32,000 bases of DNA from Erysipelotrichaceae bacterium MTC7 (GTDB taxonomy: Bacteria > Bacillota_I > Bacilli_A > Erysipelotrichales > Erysipelotrichaceae). Under the pieces are notes generated by a model. It was not told the origin of the DNA. It saw only the letters and a program-made list of their open reading frames with translations, and did not search any database. Positions 15,865 to 25,459 of this stretch are shown in pieces (the first letter of the stretch is position 1; every line of letters begins with the position of its first letter). The translations under genes and the position numbers were made by a program. The DNA lies in NCBI GenBank assembly GCA_001695645.1, contig LVZN01000016.1, forward strand, positions 8,884 through 40,883. Reading direction: 5' to 3'.

Positions 15865-18800
15865 ATGAATCAAGATGTATATGAAATTGCTCAACAAATT
15901 GGTGTGAGTGAAATGGATGTTGAAGAATTTAAAGATGCGGTTTTTACAAAAAAACCGGTTTTTTATCGTGAATCAAATACATTAACAATGGAAATTCAAA
16001 CAAAAGAACCTTTGCACTTGCAAACCTATGAGCAACTTGTCAATAAATTGATTGTCCACTTTAAATGCAAAGTGGATTGTCGTATTTCTTGCCACAAACA
16101 AACAATGGGTGCAACTGCACTGAATCAATACATTCGTTTTATTGCAAGTAAGCATAAAGACCTTGAGATATTTGCCAAGTCATTTGCAAAAATTGAAGGG
16201 GAAAACATTGTCTTTTCGTATGAAAGTGCGGAAGCGCAAAATGAAGCCGCAAGTAAAATTCAACAGATGGCTAGTGAACTTGAACCTTATGGTATTTGCT
16301 TGCCACTTGTTGTAGAAGATTTTCAGGTAGATACAAACGTCGAAGTGGTTAAAGTTGATTATGATCCACTAGAGCGTCAAATCCCACAAGAAAGTGTAAA
16401 GCCAATGACGTATCAACCACGTGTGAAAATGGAAAACTATCCATTGACACCAATTTCAGAGTTGGTTGATGGAATGGAAGAAGTGAAAATTCGCGGTGAT
16501 GTTTTCTTAAGTGAAATTCGCGAAATTTCCAATGGACGCCAAATTCGTTCGTTATACCTTGTTGATAAAGATGCGTGTATCGTTGCACAACGGTTTGAAA
16601 AAACAGCAGATGTATTGCCAGAAGATAATTTTAAAGAAGGAGATACGGTTGAAATCAGTGGAAAAGCACAATATTCACCATATTTAAAAGATGTCGTGTT
16701 TTCTGCAAATAACCGTGGACGTTCCATTGTGAAAGTACCAAAGGTAAGAAAACAAGACCATGCAACACGTAAACGGGTGGAACTTCATGCACATTCAAAA
16801 TTAAGTGAAATGGATGGAGTGAGCGCAATTGGTGATTACTTAAAACAAGCCAATGCTTGGGGACATGATGCTTTTGCCATTACCGATCATAATGTTGTAC
16901 AAGGATATCCAACAGCACAACGTCTTGTGAATGGAATCAACAGTGATCGTCAAACAAAATTCAAAATGATCTATGGAATTGAGATGAGTATGATTGATGA
17001 AGAGTTAAACATTGTCTACAATCCAAACGATCGTGAAATACACAATGCACGCTATTGTGTGTTTGACTTAGAGACAACAGGTTTATCAAGTAAATACGAT
17101 CACATTATCGAATTCGGTGCACAAATCATCGAAAACAATATGCCAAAAGAAACGATGCAAATGTTTATTAAGCCACCTGTTCCAATTTCAGCGAAAATTA
17201 CGGATCTTACAAACATTAGCAATCAAGAAGTTGAACATGCAAAAACCATTGAAGAAGCGATGGATGATATTCTTGCGTTTATTGGTGACAGCATCTTGGT
17301 TGCTCACAACGCAGGATTTGACTACGGTTTCATGAATGAAGCGCTTGTGCGCATGGGAAAAGAAAAACTACAGAATCCGGTTATCGATACGTTGGATTTA
17401 GCTAAAGCACTGTTAACGGAATCCAAACGGTTTGCATTGGGGAATGTTGCACGGCATTTTAAAATTACCTATGATGCAGATGTAGCACACCGGGCAGACT
17501 ATGATGCACAAGTATTGGCAGAAGTGTTCTTACGCATGCTGCAAGAAATGAAGTCACAAAAGACCTTGCTTGATGTATGTTCATTAAACAAGGTGAGTCA
17601 AATCGGAACGATTCGTGATAAACACATTGTTGTATTAGCGAAAAATCAAGCGGGTATTCAGGATGTTTATGAACTTGTTAGTCGTTCACATACCGATTAT
17701 TTAGCTGCGGTTAGTAAAAGCAACAATAAACCAATTTGTCAGCCGCGAATTCCACGAAGTGAAATTGAAGCGAAAAAACAAGCGGGAAATATTCTTGTAG
17801 GTAGTGCTTGTCAAAATGGTGAAGTTTTTGATGCTGCCCTAACAAAAAGTGATGATATTGTACGTGATTTGATGAAGTTTTACGATTATATTGAAGTACA
17901 ACCACCAGAAAACTATATGAACTTGGTAAATCGTGGAGCTTTGAATTCGATTAAAGAAGTAGAAATGATTGTCGCAAATATCGTTGATCTTGCAAAAGAA
18001 TTGGATAAAGTCGTGGTAGCAACTGGAGATGCCCACTATGTCGAAGAAGAAAAGAAAGAAGTGCGTGATATTTTCATCAATGCGCAAGGAATTGGTGGAG
18101 TTCGTCACCCGCTATATATTTATAAAAAGGAAATTCGTCAATCGACATCTGCTCCAAATCAACACTTTCGTACAACCCAAGAGATGTTAAACTGCTTTGC
18201 TTTTTTAGGTGAAAATCTCGCTTATGAAATTGTTGTTGAAAACACAAATATGATTGCCGATGGCATTGAATACACATATCCTGTGAAAAAAGACCTATAT
18301 CCGCCAGAAATTGAGAATTGTGATCAAATGTTGCGAGATATTTGTTACGATACTGCACATGGCATTTATGGTGAAAACTTGCCAGAGATTGTTGAAGCTC
18401 GATTAGAAAAAGAGTTGAACAGTATTATCGGAAATGGTTTCGAGGTTGTTTATTATGTAAGTCACTTATTGGTAAAACACTCATTAGATGATGGATATTT
18501 GGTTGGTTCCAGAGGGTCTGTAGGTAGTAGTTTTGTTGCCACAATGGCAAATATTACCGAGGTAAACCCGCTTGCTCCACACTATATATGTCCTTCATGT
18601 AAGTATAGTGAGTTTGTTGATGATGCAAGTATCAACTCAGGATTTGATTTACCGGATAAAGAATGTCCGCACTGTCATACACATATGCGTGGAGATGGGC
18701 AAAATATTCCGTTTGAAACATTCTTGGGATTTGAAGGAGATAAAGTTCCAGATATCGATTTGAACTTTTCTGGAGAATACCAAGGAAAAGCACATAAATT

Positions 18801-20238
18801 CTTGCAAGAATACTTTGGTGATGCTCATGCATATCGTGCAGGAACCATTGCGACGGTTGCAAGTAAAACGGCTTTTGGATATGTCAAAGGGTACCAAGAA
18901 GAAATGGGAAAAGAAGGAACCATGAACAATGCGCGCATGACCTATCTTGCAGAGCAATGTGATGGGGTTCGTCGTAGTACCGGGCAACACCCAGGAGGGA
19001 TTATTGTATTCCCGCAACATATGAGTGTGAATGAATTTACACCGGTGCAATTTCCTAGTAATAACCCATATGAAGATATGAAAACAACCCACCTTGATTA
19101 CCATGATATTGAAGCCAATGTTTTGAAGTTTGATATTCTTGGACACGTAGATCCGACGGCAATGAAGATATTAGAGGAAAGTAGTGGTGTTGATGTTCGA
19201 AAAATTCCAATGAACGATCCGGATACGATGGCCATATTCTCAAAACCAGATACACTTGAAATTGATACAACCCAAAACACAGAGAAAACTGGGGCTGCTG
19301 GAATTCCTGAGTTTGGGACAAAGTTTGTCCGGGGAATTCTAGAGGAAACAAAACCAAAGACGTTTAGTGAACTTGTTACTATTTCAGGGTTGTCTCATGG
19401 GACCGATGTTTGGTTGAACAACGCGAAAAACTTAGTTGATGATGACAAAGCGAAGTATCGTCAAGAACTTGGACTTGATCACAAATTAACCCTACGCGAT
19501 GTTATCGGGTGTCGTGATGATATTATGGTTGATTTGATGAAAAAAGGATTGAAACCAAAGACTGCATTCACCATTATGGAAAGTGTCCGTAAAGGACGCG
19601 GATTACGTGATGAGTGGATTGAAGATATGAAAGAAAATAATGTAGAACCGTATTACATCGATTCGTGTAAAAAAATCAAATATATGTTCCCGAAAGCCCA
19701 TGCGGTAGCATATGTAATGATGGCGGTTCGTATTGCATGGTTTAAAGTTCATAAGCCACTGCATTACTATGGGATGTTTTTCTCAATTCGTTGTGATGCT
19801 TACGATATTGATGCGATGACCAAAGGGTTAGAAACCATCAAAGCTCGCATGAGTGACATTGATCAAAGACGCAATAACCCGGAAACAAAAAATGAGGTTA
19901 GTGCAAAAGAACATAATGTGTATGATGCCTTGGAACTTGCCTTAGAAATGTATTTACGTGGGTTCAAAATTCAAAAGTTGGATATCAACCGTTCACCAGC
20001 GACACGATTTGTTGTAGATGATGAACATGAAAACAGTTTACTTCCAGCTTTTACCAGTGTTGATGGACTTGGAACCAACGTTGCGATCAGTATTGTTGAA
20101 GCGCGTGAAGCGCATCCGTTCATTTCAAAAGAAGACTTATTGAACCGAACACAATTAAGTAAGACCCTTGTTGAAAAACTTGCACAACTTGGTGCACTTG
20201 AAGGCTTACAAGACGAAAACCAAATGTCTTTATTTTAA
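15865..20238 (+). CDS. polC: DNA polymerase III alpha subunit, PolC type
   Basis: 1457 aa. PHP region (HAHSKLSEMDG), inserted DEDD 3'-5' exonuclease (FDLETTGL, HNAGFDYGF, HRADYDA), Zn-finger CPSC...CPHC, polymerase core and C-terminal HhH region. This is the classic Gram-positive PolC architecture. Confidence 0.95.
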   Translation: MNQDVYEIAQQIGVSEMDVEEFKDAVFTKKPVFYRESNTLTMEIQTKEPLHLQTYEQLVNKLIVHFKCKVDCRISCHKQTMGATALNQYIRFIASKHKDLEIFAKSFAKIEGENIVFSYESAEAQNEAASKIQQMASELEPYGICLPLVVEDFQVDTNVEVVKVDYDPLERQIPQESVKPMTYQPRVKMENYPLTPISELVDGMEEVKIRGDVFLSEIREISNGRQIRSLYLVDKDACIVAQRFEKTADVLPEDNFKEGDTVEISGKAQYSPYLKDVVFSANNRGRSIVKVPKVRKQDHATRKRVELHAHSKLSEMDGVSAIGDYLKQANAWGHDAFAITDHNVVQGYPTAQRLVNGINSDRQTKFKMIYGIEMSMIDEELNIVYNPNDREIHNARYCVFDLETTGLSSKYDHIIEFGAQIIENNMPKETMQMFIKPPVPISAKITDLTNISNQEVEHAKTIEEAMDDILAFIGDSILVAHNAGFDYGFMNEALVRMGKEKLQNPVIDTLDLAKALLTESKRFALGNVARHFKITYDADVAHRADYDAQVLAEVFLRMLQEMKSQKTLLDVCSLNKVSQIGTIRDKHIVVLAKNQAGIQDVYELVSRSHTDYLAAVSKSNNKPICQPRIPRSEIEAKKQAGNILVGSACQNGEVFDAALTKSDDIVRDLMKFYDYIEVQPPENYMNLVNRGALNSIKEVEMIVANIVDLAKELDKVVVATGDAHYVEEEKKEVRDIFINAQGIGGVRHPLYIYKKEIRQSTSAPNQHFRTTQEMLNCFAFLGENLAYEIVVENTNMIADGIEYTYPVKKDLYPPEIENCDQMLRDICYDTAHGIYGENLPEIVEARLEKELNSIIGNGFEVVYYVSHLLVKHSLDDGYLVGSRGSVGSSFVATMANITEVNPLAPHYICPSCKYSEFVDDASINSGFDLPDKECPHCHTHMRGDGQNIPFETFLGFEGDKVPDIDLNFSGEYQGKAHKFLQEYFGDAHAYRAGTIATVASKTAFGYVKGYQEEMGKEGTMNNARMTYLAEQCDGVRRSTGQHPGGIIVFPQHMSVNEFTPVQFPSNNPYEDMKTTHLDYHDIEANVLKFDILGHVDPTAMKILEESSGVDVRKIPMNDPDTMAIFSKPDTLEIDTTQNTEKTGAAGIPEFGTKFVRGILEETKPKTFSELVTISGLSHGTDVWLNNAKNLVDDDKAKYRQELGLDHKLTLRDVIGCRDDIMVDLMKKGLKPKTAFTIMESVRKGRGLRDEWIEDMKENNVEPYYIDSCKKIKYMFPKAHAVAYVMMAVRIAWFKVHKPLHYYGMFFSIRCDAYDIDAMTKGLETIKARMSDIDQRRNNPETKNEVSAKEHNVYDALELALEMYLRGFKIQKLDINRSPATRFVVDDEHENSLLPAFTSVDGLGTNVAISIVEAREAHPFISKEDLLNRTQLSKTLVEKLAQLGALEGLQDENQMSLF

Positions 20239-20250
20239 TAATAAAATGAG

Positions 20251-20285
20251 CACATGTAAGAATAATTTCTTGCATGTGTTTTTTT
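20251..20285 (+). terminator. Rho-independent terminator after polC
   Basis: 12-bp stem CACATGTAAGAA (20251-20262) / TTCTTGCATGTG (20267-20278, one G-U pair), loop TAAT, then T7. Confidence 0.85.
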
Positions 20286-20483
20286 ATGTGAATTCGTATT
20301 GTCAAAAAAATCAGATAAAAAAATAAGTCATCACTCGTATCTAAGCAGCACGCAAGACATTTTGCTTATTTTTTGCACGCAATGAATAATCTTGGTCCAA
20401 ATCACTACTTATATAATATATCTTTCTTTTTAACTTTTTTCATATTTTCATGTTTTGTACTATGATTTTAACCAGTTTTTCGC

Positions 20484-20535
20484 TATAATGGTGGTAGAAA
20501 GTAGCAAAAAGTGTAGGAAAATGGAGGAAAGTGGG
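20484..20535 (+). promoter_or_regulatory. mraZ/dcw promoter -10 element followed by phased MraZ-box-like direct repeats
   Basis: TATAAT at 20484-20489. Five consecutive 10-bp units follow: GTGGTAGAAA, GTAGCAAAAA, GTGTAGGAAA, ATGGAGGAAA, GTGGGtgatt, starting at 20491, 20501, 20511, 20521 and 20531. They resemble the GTGG(G)-type repeats with 10-bp phasing reported for MraZ operators. Confidence 0.6.
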
Positions 20536-20542
20536 TGATTAT

Positions 20543-20998
20543 ATGACTAATGTGTTAGCGCAAGCCAATTTCATCGGTGAATATGCACACAATATTGATA
20601 AAAAAGGTCGTATCATCATTCCGGCTCGTTTTCGTGATGAATTAAGCGGTAAAATCGTTGTTGCTAAAGGATTGGATGGATGTTTAAACATTTATACACA
20701 ACAACAATGGGCATTGTTAATGGAACAATTGGCAAGTTTACCTAACACAAAAAGAGAAGCACGTGTCTATCGTCGTAATATTTTGGCGAAAGCAAGTGAA
20801 TGCGAAATCGATAGTCAAGGAAGAATTTTGATTCCTTCGGTTCTTGTTGAAGAAGCGAAGATAGAAAAAGAGTGTGTGATTGCCGGAGTTGGAAATCTCA
20901 TTGAAATTTGGAGTAAAGAACGCTGGGATGCATTTATGGATGCACACAGTGATGACTTTGAAGAAGTTGCTGAAGGCTTAACGGAGTTCTTACAGTAA
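20543..20998 (+). CDS. mraZ: Transcriptional regulator MraZ
   Basis: Two SpoVT/AbrB-like halves, each with DxxGR (IDKKGRIIIP, IDSQGRILIP). The start is ambiguous among ATG 20543 (chosen), GTG 20531 (tracked) and GTG 20552. Confidence 0.85.
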   Translation: MTNVLAQANFIGEYAHNIDKKGRIIIPARFRDELSGKIVVAKGLDGCLNIYTQQQWALLMEQLASLPNTKREARVYRRNILAKASECEIDSQGRILIPSVLVEEAKIEKECVIAGVGNLIEIWSKERWDAFMDAHSDDFEEVAEGLTEFLQ

Positions 20999-21930
20999 TG
21001 AAGCACTATTCCGTATTATTAGAAGAATCAATCGAATACCTTGATATTAAAGAAGATGGAATTTATGTAGATGGGACTTTAGGTCGTGGAGGACATAGTA
21101 GTGAAATACTAAAACGAATTCCTCACGGGCACCTATATGCATTTGATAAAGATGAAACTGCAATTGCAGAATCAAAGAAGCGTTTGTTAGAAGTCGGTGA
21201 TAATTTCACCATCATTCACAAAGGCTTTGAAGAATTAGAACAAGTCATTGAAGAATATAACATTCCTGGAATTGATGGATTGTTACTGGATATCGGTGTT
21301 AGTTCACCACAGTTTGATGATGGAGAACGCGGATTTAGTTATCGCTATGATGCAAGACTGGATATGCGTATGGATCAAAGTCAAACACTCAGTGCATATG
21401 AAGTAGTTAATGACTATTCATTTCATGACTTGATGCATGTATTTCGCAACTATGGGGAAGAGCCATTTGCTAAACAAATTGCAAGAAAAATTGAACAACG
21501 AAGAATGGAAAAACCAATTGAAACAACATTTGAATTGGTGGATGTGATAAAAAGTGCTTTACCAAGTAAGGTGCTAAACAAAAAAGGACACCCCGCAAAA
21601 AAGGTGTTCCAAGCTTTACGAATTGAAGTGAATAATGAGTTGGGTGCTTTAGAGAGCGTTCTAGAATCAGGGATTCAACATTTAAATGATAAAGGACGTG
21701 TGTGTGTGATTACGTTTCATTCTTTAGAAGATCGAATCGTAAAACAAATATTTCAGAAATACGCGAAGCCAGAAAAAACAGATAAACGGATACCGTTATT
21801 GCCAGAAGAGGTGAAGCAAAAACCGTATACGCTTATAACTAGAAAACCGATTGTCGCTAATAAGGAAGAATTAGACGAGAATCATCGTTCGCATAGTGCG
21901 AAATTAAGAGTACTTGGAAAGGGTAGGTAG
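20998..21930 (+). CDS. rsmH: 16S rRNA (cytosine1402-N4)-methyltransferase RsmH
   Basis: SAM-binding DGTLGRGGHS, FHSLEDRIVK, C-terminal NxRSxSAKLR. The ATG overlaps the mraZ stop by 1 nt. Confidence 0.92.
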   Translation: MKHYSVLLEESIEYLDIKEDGIYVDGTLGRGGHSSEILKRIPHGHLYAFDKDETAIAESKKRLLEVGDNFTIIHKGFEELEQVIEEYNIPGIDGLLLDIGVSSPQFDDGERGFSYRYDARLDMRMDQSQTLSAYEVVNDYSFHDLMHVFRNYGEEPFAKQIARKIEQRRMEKPIETTFELVDVIKSALPSKVLNKKGHPAKKVFQALRIEVNNELGALESVLESGIQHLNDKGRVCVITFHSLEDRIVKQIFQKYAKPEKTDKRIPLLPEEVKQKPYTLITRKPIVANKEELDENHRSHSAKLRVLGKGR

Positions 21931-21934
21931 GACC

Positions 21935-22237
21935 ATGAAAATCGTAAAAAAGAATCGTAAAATCCGCATTGAGGGAATTGTATCGTTAGTATTTATTATC
22001 ACGTTACTCATGTATTTTTGTTCAGTAACATTATTACACTCTCACAATGTTGTTTTGGCGTCGCAAGAGACTCGATTGGAAAAGGAAATTGGAAAAACCA
22101 AAAACGATGTGCTTAACTTAGAATTAGAAGTTAAGAAATTAGCAAATCGTGATCGTATCATTGAAATTGCAGAAAAGCATGAATTGCGTCAAAATGAAGG
22201 TCAAATTGTATCTGTAGTTACTAACGAAAACGAATAG
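21935..22237 (+). CDS. ftsL: Cell division protein FtsL
   Basis: 100 aa: basic N-terminus, one TM helix (IVSLVFIITLLMYFCSVTLL), then a coiled-coil ending ..RDRIIEIAEKHEL. It occupies the canonical position between rsmH and the PBP gene. I prefer ATG 21935 to the tracked TTG 21914. Confidence 0.75.
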   Translation: MKIVKKNRKIRIEGIVSLVFIITLLMYFCSVTLLHSHNVVLASQETRLEKEIGKTKNDVLNLELEVKKLANRDRIIEIAEKHELRQNEGQIVSVVTNENE

Positions 22238-22250
22238 ATTAAGGATATAT

Positions 22251-24491
22251 ATGAAGGCAAAGAGGAAGGTACTAAATTTTAAAAAATCTGTCAAAACGAC
22301 AGGTAGAATCGGAATCGTTATGGGCATTATCGTGTCACTTGTTGTCGCAAATGTCCTTTTTACTATGATTACAGGAATTCACTTACGTAGTGGAGAAAAT
22401 GTATTGGCACACAAATCCGGAAGCGGGAGTTCTACTGAAACAATAGTAGCTAACCGTGGCTACATTCGTGACTATAGCGGTGAGATTATTGCACAAGATG
22501 TCGAAAGTTATGACGTAATTGCGTATGTGGATAAAAATCGAGTAAATGCAACAAAAAAACCTGTTTATGTAGTTGATCCTGAGGATACTGCAAGAAAACT
22601 TGCAGAAGTAATTAGTCCTGAAGCAGAAGTGCAAGAAAAGGCGTATGCAGATATTCTTGCAAAGATTAAGGATGCTCAAGCAGCAGGTAGTTATCAAACA
22701 AATCTTGGTAGTTATTCACGGAATCTTACAGCAGAGCAAAAAAAGCAAATTGAAGAACTGGAATTACCGGGATTGGATTTTGAAAAAAGTGTATCAAGAG
22801 CATATCCAACAGGTAATTTTGCTAGTCAATTGATTGGCTATACTAATTATGATGATGATCGTAATCTTGTCGGGGTTACGGGTCTTGAGGCGGCCTTTAA
22901 TGATGAGTTAACTGGTGTAAATGGGAAAGTAGTATATCAAACAGATAGTGAAAACAATCGGTTGCCAGATACACAAAAAATAGTTAAATTGGCAGAAAAC
23001 GGACAAGATGTTTGGTTAACTTTCAATTATGATACACAATTAGCTATGGAAAAAGCATTGGCTGATACAATGGAAAGTAATAAGGCGAAATATGCATGGG
23101 CAATAGCAATGGATATTAAAACGGGTAGAATCTTAGCGCAAGCAGGCTATCCATCCTATGATTTAAACACTAGAGAAAATATAACCAATGCGTATAATTT
23201 ACCAAGCGAGTTTCCTTTTGAAGTTGGTTCAGTATTAAAAGCGTTTGTTTATGCGGCTGTCATGAATGAAGGAAAATATGTTGGCACAGATCAGTTCAAA
23301 TCAGGTAAAGCGGTAATTGGGCAAGATGCAAATGGAATGCCAGTACGTAATGATAATCTTTCACCTGGACAAGCCGTTGGAGTTGTTAACGATGCTTTGG
23401 GTAAAGATCGAGGCATGGTAGACTTCGATCACGGATTTATCTTCTCATTGAACACAGGGATTGCTTCCTTAATTACAAATTACATAAGTCCACAAACAAT
23501 GATTGACTATATGAAAAAATTCGAATTGTTTGATGCCTTAGATATTTATGGTTTAAGTGAAAGAGGTGGAAAACTTAACGAAAACCATCCTTTCGATATC
23601 ATGTCACTTGGATTTGGACAAGCAAGTACTATCAATGCATACCAATTGATTCGAGCGGCAAGTGCGATTGTTGGTGATGGGACAATTGTTGAACCGTATA
23701 TTGTTGAGAAAATAACTGATTCAGTTACTGGTGAAGTGACATATCAAAGTGAACAGAAAAAAGGGAATCAAGTGATTTCCACAGATACGGCCAAACAAAT
23801 GCAAGCATTAATGGAACGAGTAGTTACAGAGCAAGGTGGTACAGCATCACAATATAAAATGAGTGATGTCAATATCATTGCAAAAACGGGTACTGGACAG
23901 GTATACGACGAAGAGACAAAAACATATTCTGGTAGTGTATATACATCAAGTATTCTTGCAGCTGCACCGGCTGATGATCCACAAGTGTTAGTATATTATG
24001 CATTCCAAAGTGAGAATTTCTTGAATTACAATACAGATTTCTTTAAAGACATTGTTCGTGAAGCACTACAATCTTTAAATAAATATAATGATGCAAGTAA
24101 TCAAACCACAGATAATCATGTACAAGTGAGCGATAAATATGTAGAATATACTATGCCTAGTCTTGTAAACCATTCACTTGATTACGTAAATCGTAAACTG
24201 GATGGATTTAACATTAAGAAGCAATTGATTGGAGATGGATCAACCATCATTGAACAATTCCCACTAGGTGGAGATAAAGTAACAAACACACAAAATACAT
24301 TCTTACTTACTGATGGTAGTAATATTGCGATGCCAGACATGAGTGGATGGTCAAGGCGAGATGTTAGTGTCTTTGCCAATATGACAGGTCTTGTTGTCAA
24401 TTATAAAAATTCTGGAAATGTTACAAGTCAATCTGTTCCACCGGGAACAGCCATTGTAAAAGGAGCAAATCTAGATGTTGAATTAAAATAA
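22251..24491 (+). CDS. Class B penicillin-binding protein (PBP2B/FtsI-like transpeptidase) with two C-terminal PASTA domains
   Basis: N-terminal TM anchor, SxxK (SVLK), SxN (SLN), KTG (AKTGTG). Two ~60-aa PASTA-like repeats begin at MPSLVNHS.. and MPDMSGWS.. Confidence 0.88.
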   Translation: MKAKRKVLNFKKSVKTTGRIGIVMGIIVSLVVANVLFTMITGIHLRSGENVLAHKSGSGSSTETIVANRGYIRDYSGEIIAQDVESYDVIAYVDKNRVNATKKPVYVVDPEDTARKLAEVISPEAEVQEKAYADILAKIKDAQAAGSYQTNLGSYSRNLTAEQKKQIEELELPGLDFEKSVSRAYPTGNFASQLIGYTNYDDDRNLVGVTGLEAAFNDELTGVNGKVVYQTDSENNRLPDTQKIVKLAENGQDVWLTFNYDTQLAMEKALADTMESNKAKYAWAIAMDIKTGRILAQAGYPSYDLNTRENITNAYNLPSEFPFEVGSVLKAFVYAAVMNEGKYVGTDQFKSGKAVIGQDANGMPVRNDNLSPGQAVGVVNDALGKDRGMVDFDHGFIFSLNTGIASLITNYISPQTMIDYMKKFELFDALDIYGLSERGGKLNENHPFDIMSLGFGQASTINAYQLIRAASAIVGDGTIVEPYIVEKITDSVTGEVTYQSEQKKGNQVISTDTAKQMQALMERVVTEQGGTASQYKMSDVNIIAKTGTGQVYDEETKTYSGSVYTSSILAAAPADDPQVLVYYAFQSENFLNYNTDFFKDIVREALQSLNKYNDASNQTTDNHVQVSDKYVEYTMPSLVNHSLDYVNRKLDGFNIKKQLIGDGSTIIEQFPLGGDKVTNTQNTFLLTDGSNIAMPDMSGWSRRDVSVFANMTGLVVNYKNSGNVTSQSVPPGTAIVKGANLDVELK

Positions 24492-24501
24492 AGGAGTTAT
24501 C

Positions 24502-25458
24502 ATGGAAGCAATTTTATATCTTGGTATAAGTTTGGTTGCGGTCTTAGTGATCATGCCACTGCTTATTCCTGTTTTACATAAAATCAAATTCTCACAGTCT
24601 GAACGTGAAGAAGGGCTGGAATCTCATAAAGTGAAAACCGGTACACCTACGATGGGAGGTATCGTTTTCATCGTTGTTCCAGTGATTCTACTTTTGATTT
24701 TAAATCCTGGAGCTTTACAAGATGTAAAAATGGTGACAATTCTTGTTGCTTACGTTGGCTATGGATTGATTGGTTTTATTGATGACTTTATTATTGTTGT
24801 ACAAAAAAACAACAATGGTTTACCAGCGCGTATGAAATTTTTATTACAAGCTGCTTTAGCCATTGTGTTGTATTTTATTTATAAAAGCTATGGTGATAAT
24901 ACACTTTGGATACCGATTATGAATATGGATGTTAACATTGGATTTTTCTTTTTTTTGTTGGTATTTGTAATGTTCACTGCCGAAAGCAATGCGGTTAATT
25001 TAACTGATGGTCTTGATGGCTTATGTGCAGGAACTGTATTGATTGCTTTAGTTCCATTTATTATCTTTGCATATCAAGCAGACAATTTAAACGTTTTCTA
25101 CTTTCTACTGGCGGTTGCTGGGGCATTGATAGGATATTTACGTTTCAATATTCACCCGGCCAAGATTTTTATGGGTGATACGGGATCGCTGGCGTTAGGT
25201 GGCCTTTTGGCTGCTGTTGCCCTAGTCTTACAAAAAGAAATCTTACTTGTCATTATTGGAGGATTGTTCTTAATGGAAACATTATCTGTAACCATCCAAG
25301 TTATTTCCTTCAAAACGCGTGGAAAACGGGTTTTTCGTATGGCACCACTTCACCATCACTTTGAGATGGGTGGAATGAGCGAAACGAAAGTGGTTTGGCT
25401 GTTTTATGGGATTTCACTTGTACTTGCTATTCTTGGATATGTGATAGGAGTGATGTAA
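24502..25458 (+). CDS. mraY: Phospho-N-acetylmuramoyl-pentapeptide transferase MraY
   Basis: Polytopic membrane protein with NAVNLTDGLDGL, MGDTGSLALGG and PLHHHFE motifs. SD AGGAG upstream. Confidence 0.93.
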   Translation: MEAILYLGISLVAVLVIMPLLIPVLHKIKFSQSEREEGLESHKVKTGTPTMGGIVFIVVPVILLLILNPGALQDVKMVTILVAYVGYGLIGFIDDFIIVVQKNNNGLPARMKFLLQAALAIVLYFIYKSYGDNTLWIPIMNMDVNIGFFFFLLVFVMFTAESNAVNLTDGLDGLCAGTVLIALVPFIIFAYQADNLNVFYFLLAVAGALIGYLRFNIHPAKIFMGDTGSLALGGLLAAVALVLQKEILLVIIGGLFLMETLSVTIQVISFKTRGKRVFRMAPLHHHFEMGGMSETKVVWLFYGISLVLAILGYVIGVM

Positions 25459-25459
25459 G

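Noticed and set aside
18649-19146. 165-aa ORF antisense to polC. Similar long antisense ORFs lie in recG (12658..13092, 144 aa) and the DacA-like gene (14973..15377, 134 aa).
   Set aside because: Each lies entirely inside a strongly supported, motif-rich CDS on the other strand. None has an SD or promoter, and the translations are low-complexity and Cys/His/Phe/Leu-rich. This pattern fits stop-poor antisense frames created by codon bias, not genes.
20340-20400. Direct repeat GCACGCAA (two copies, about 30 nt apart start to start) and a TAAGCA/TGCTTA hairpin followed by T6 in the polC-mraZ intergenic region. This could be a small transcript or a second terminator.
   Set aside because: The stem has only 6 bp with a 15-nt loop, no convincing promoter lies upstream, and the strong polC terminator sits about 60 nt before it. 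The evidence is too weak to call.
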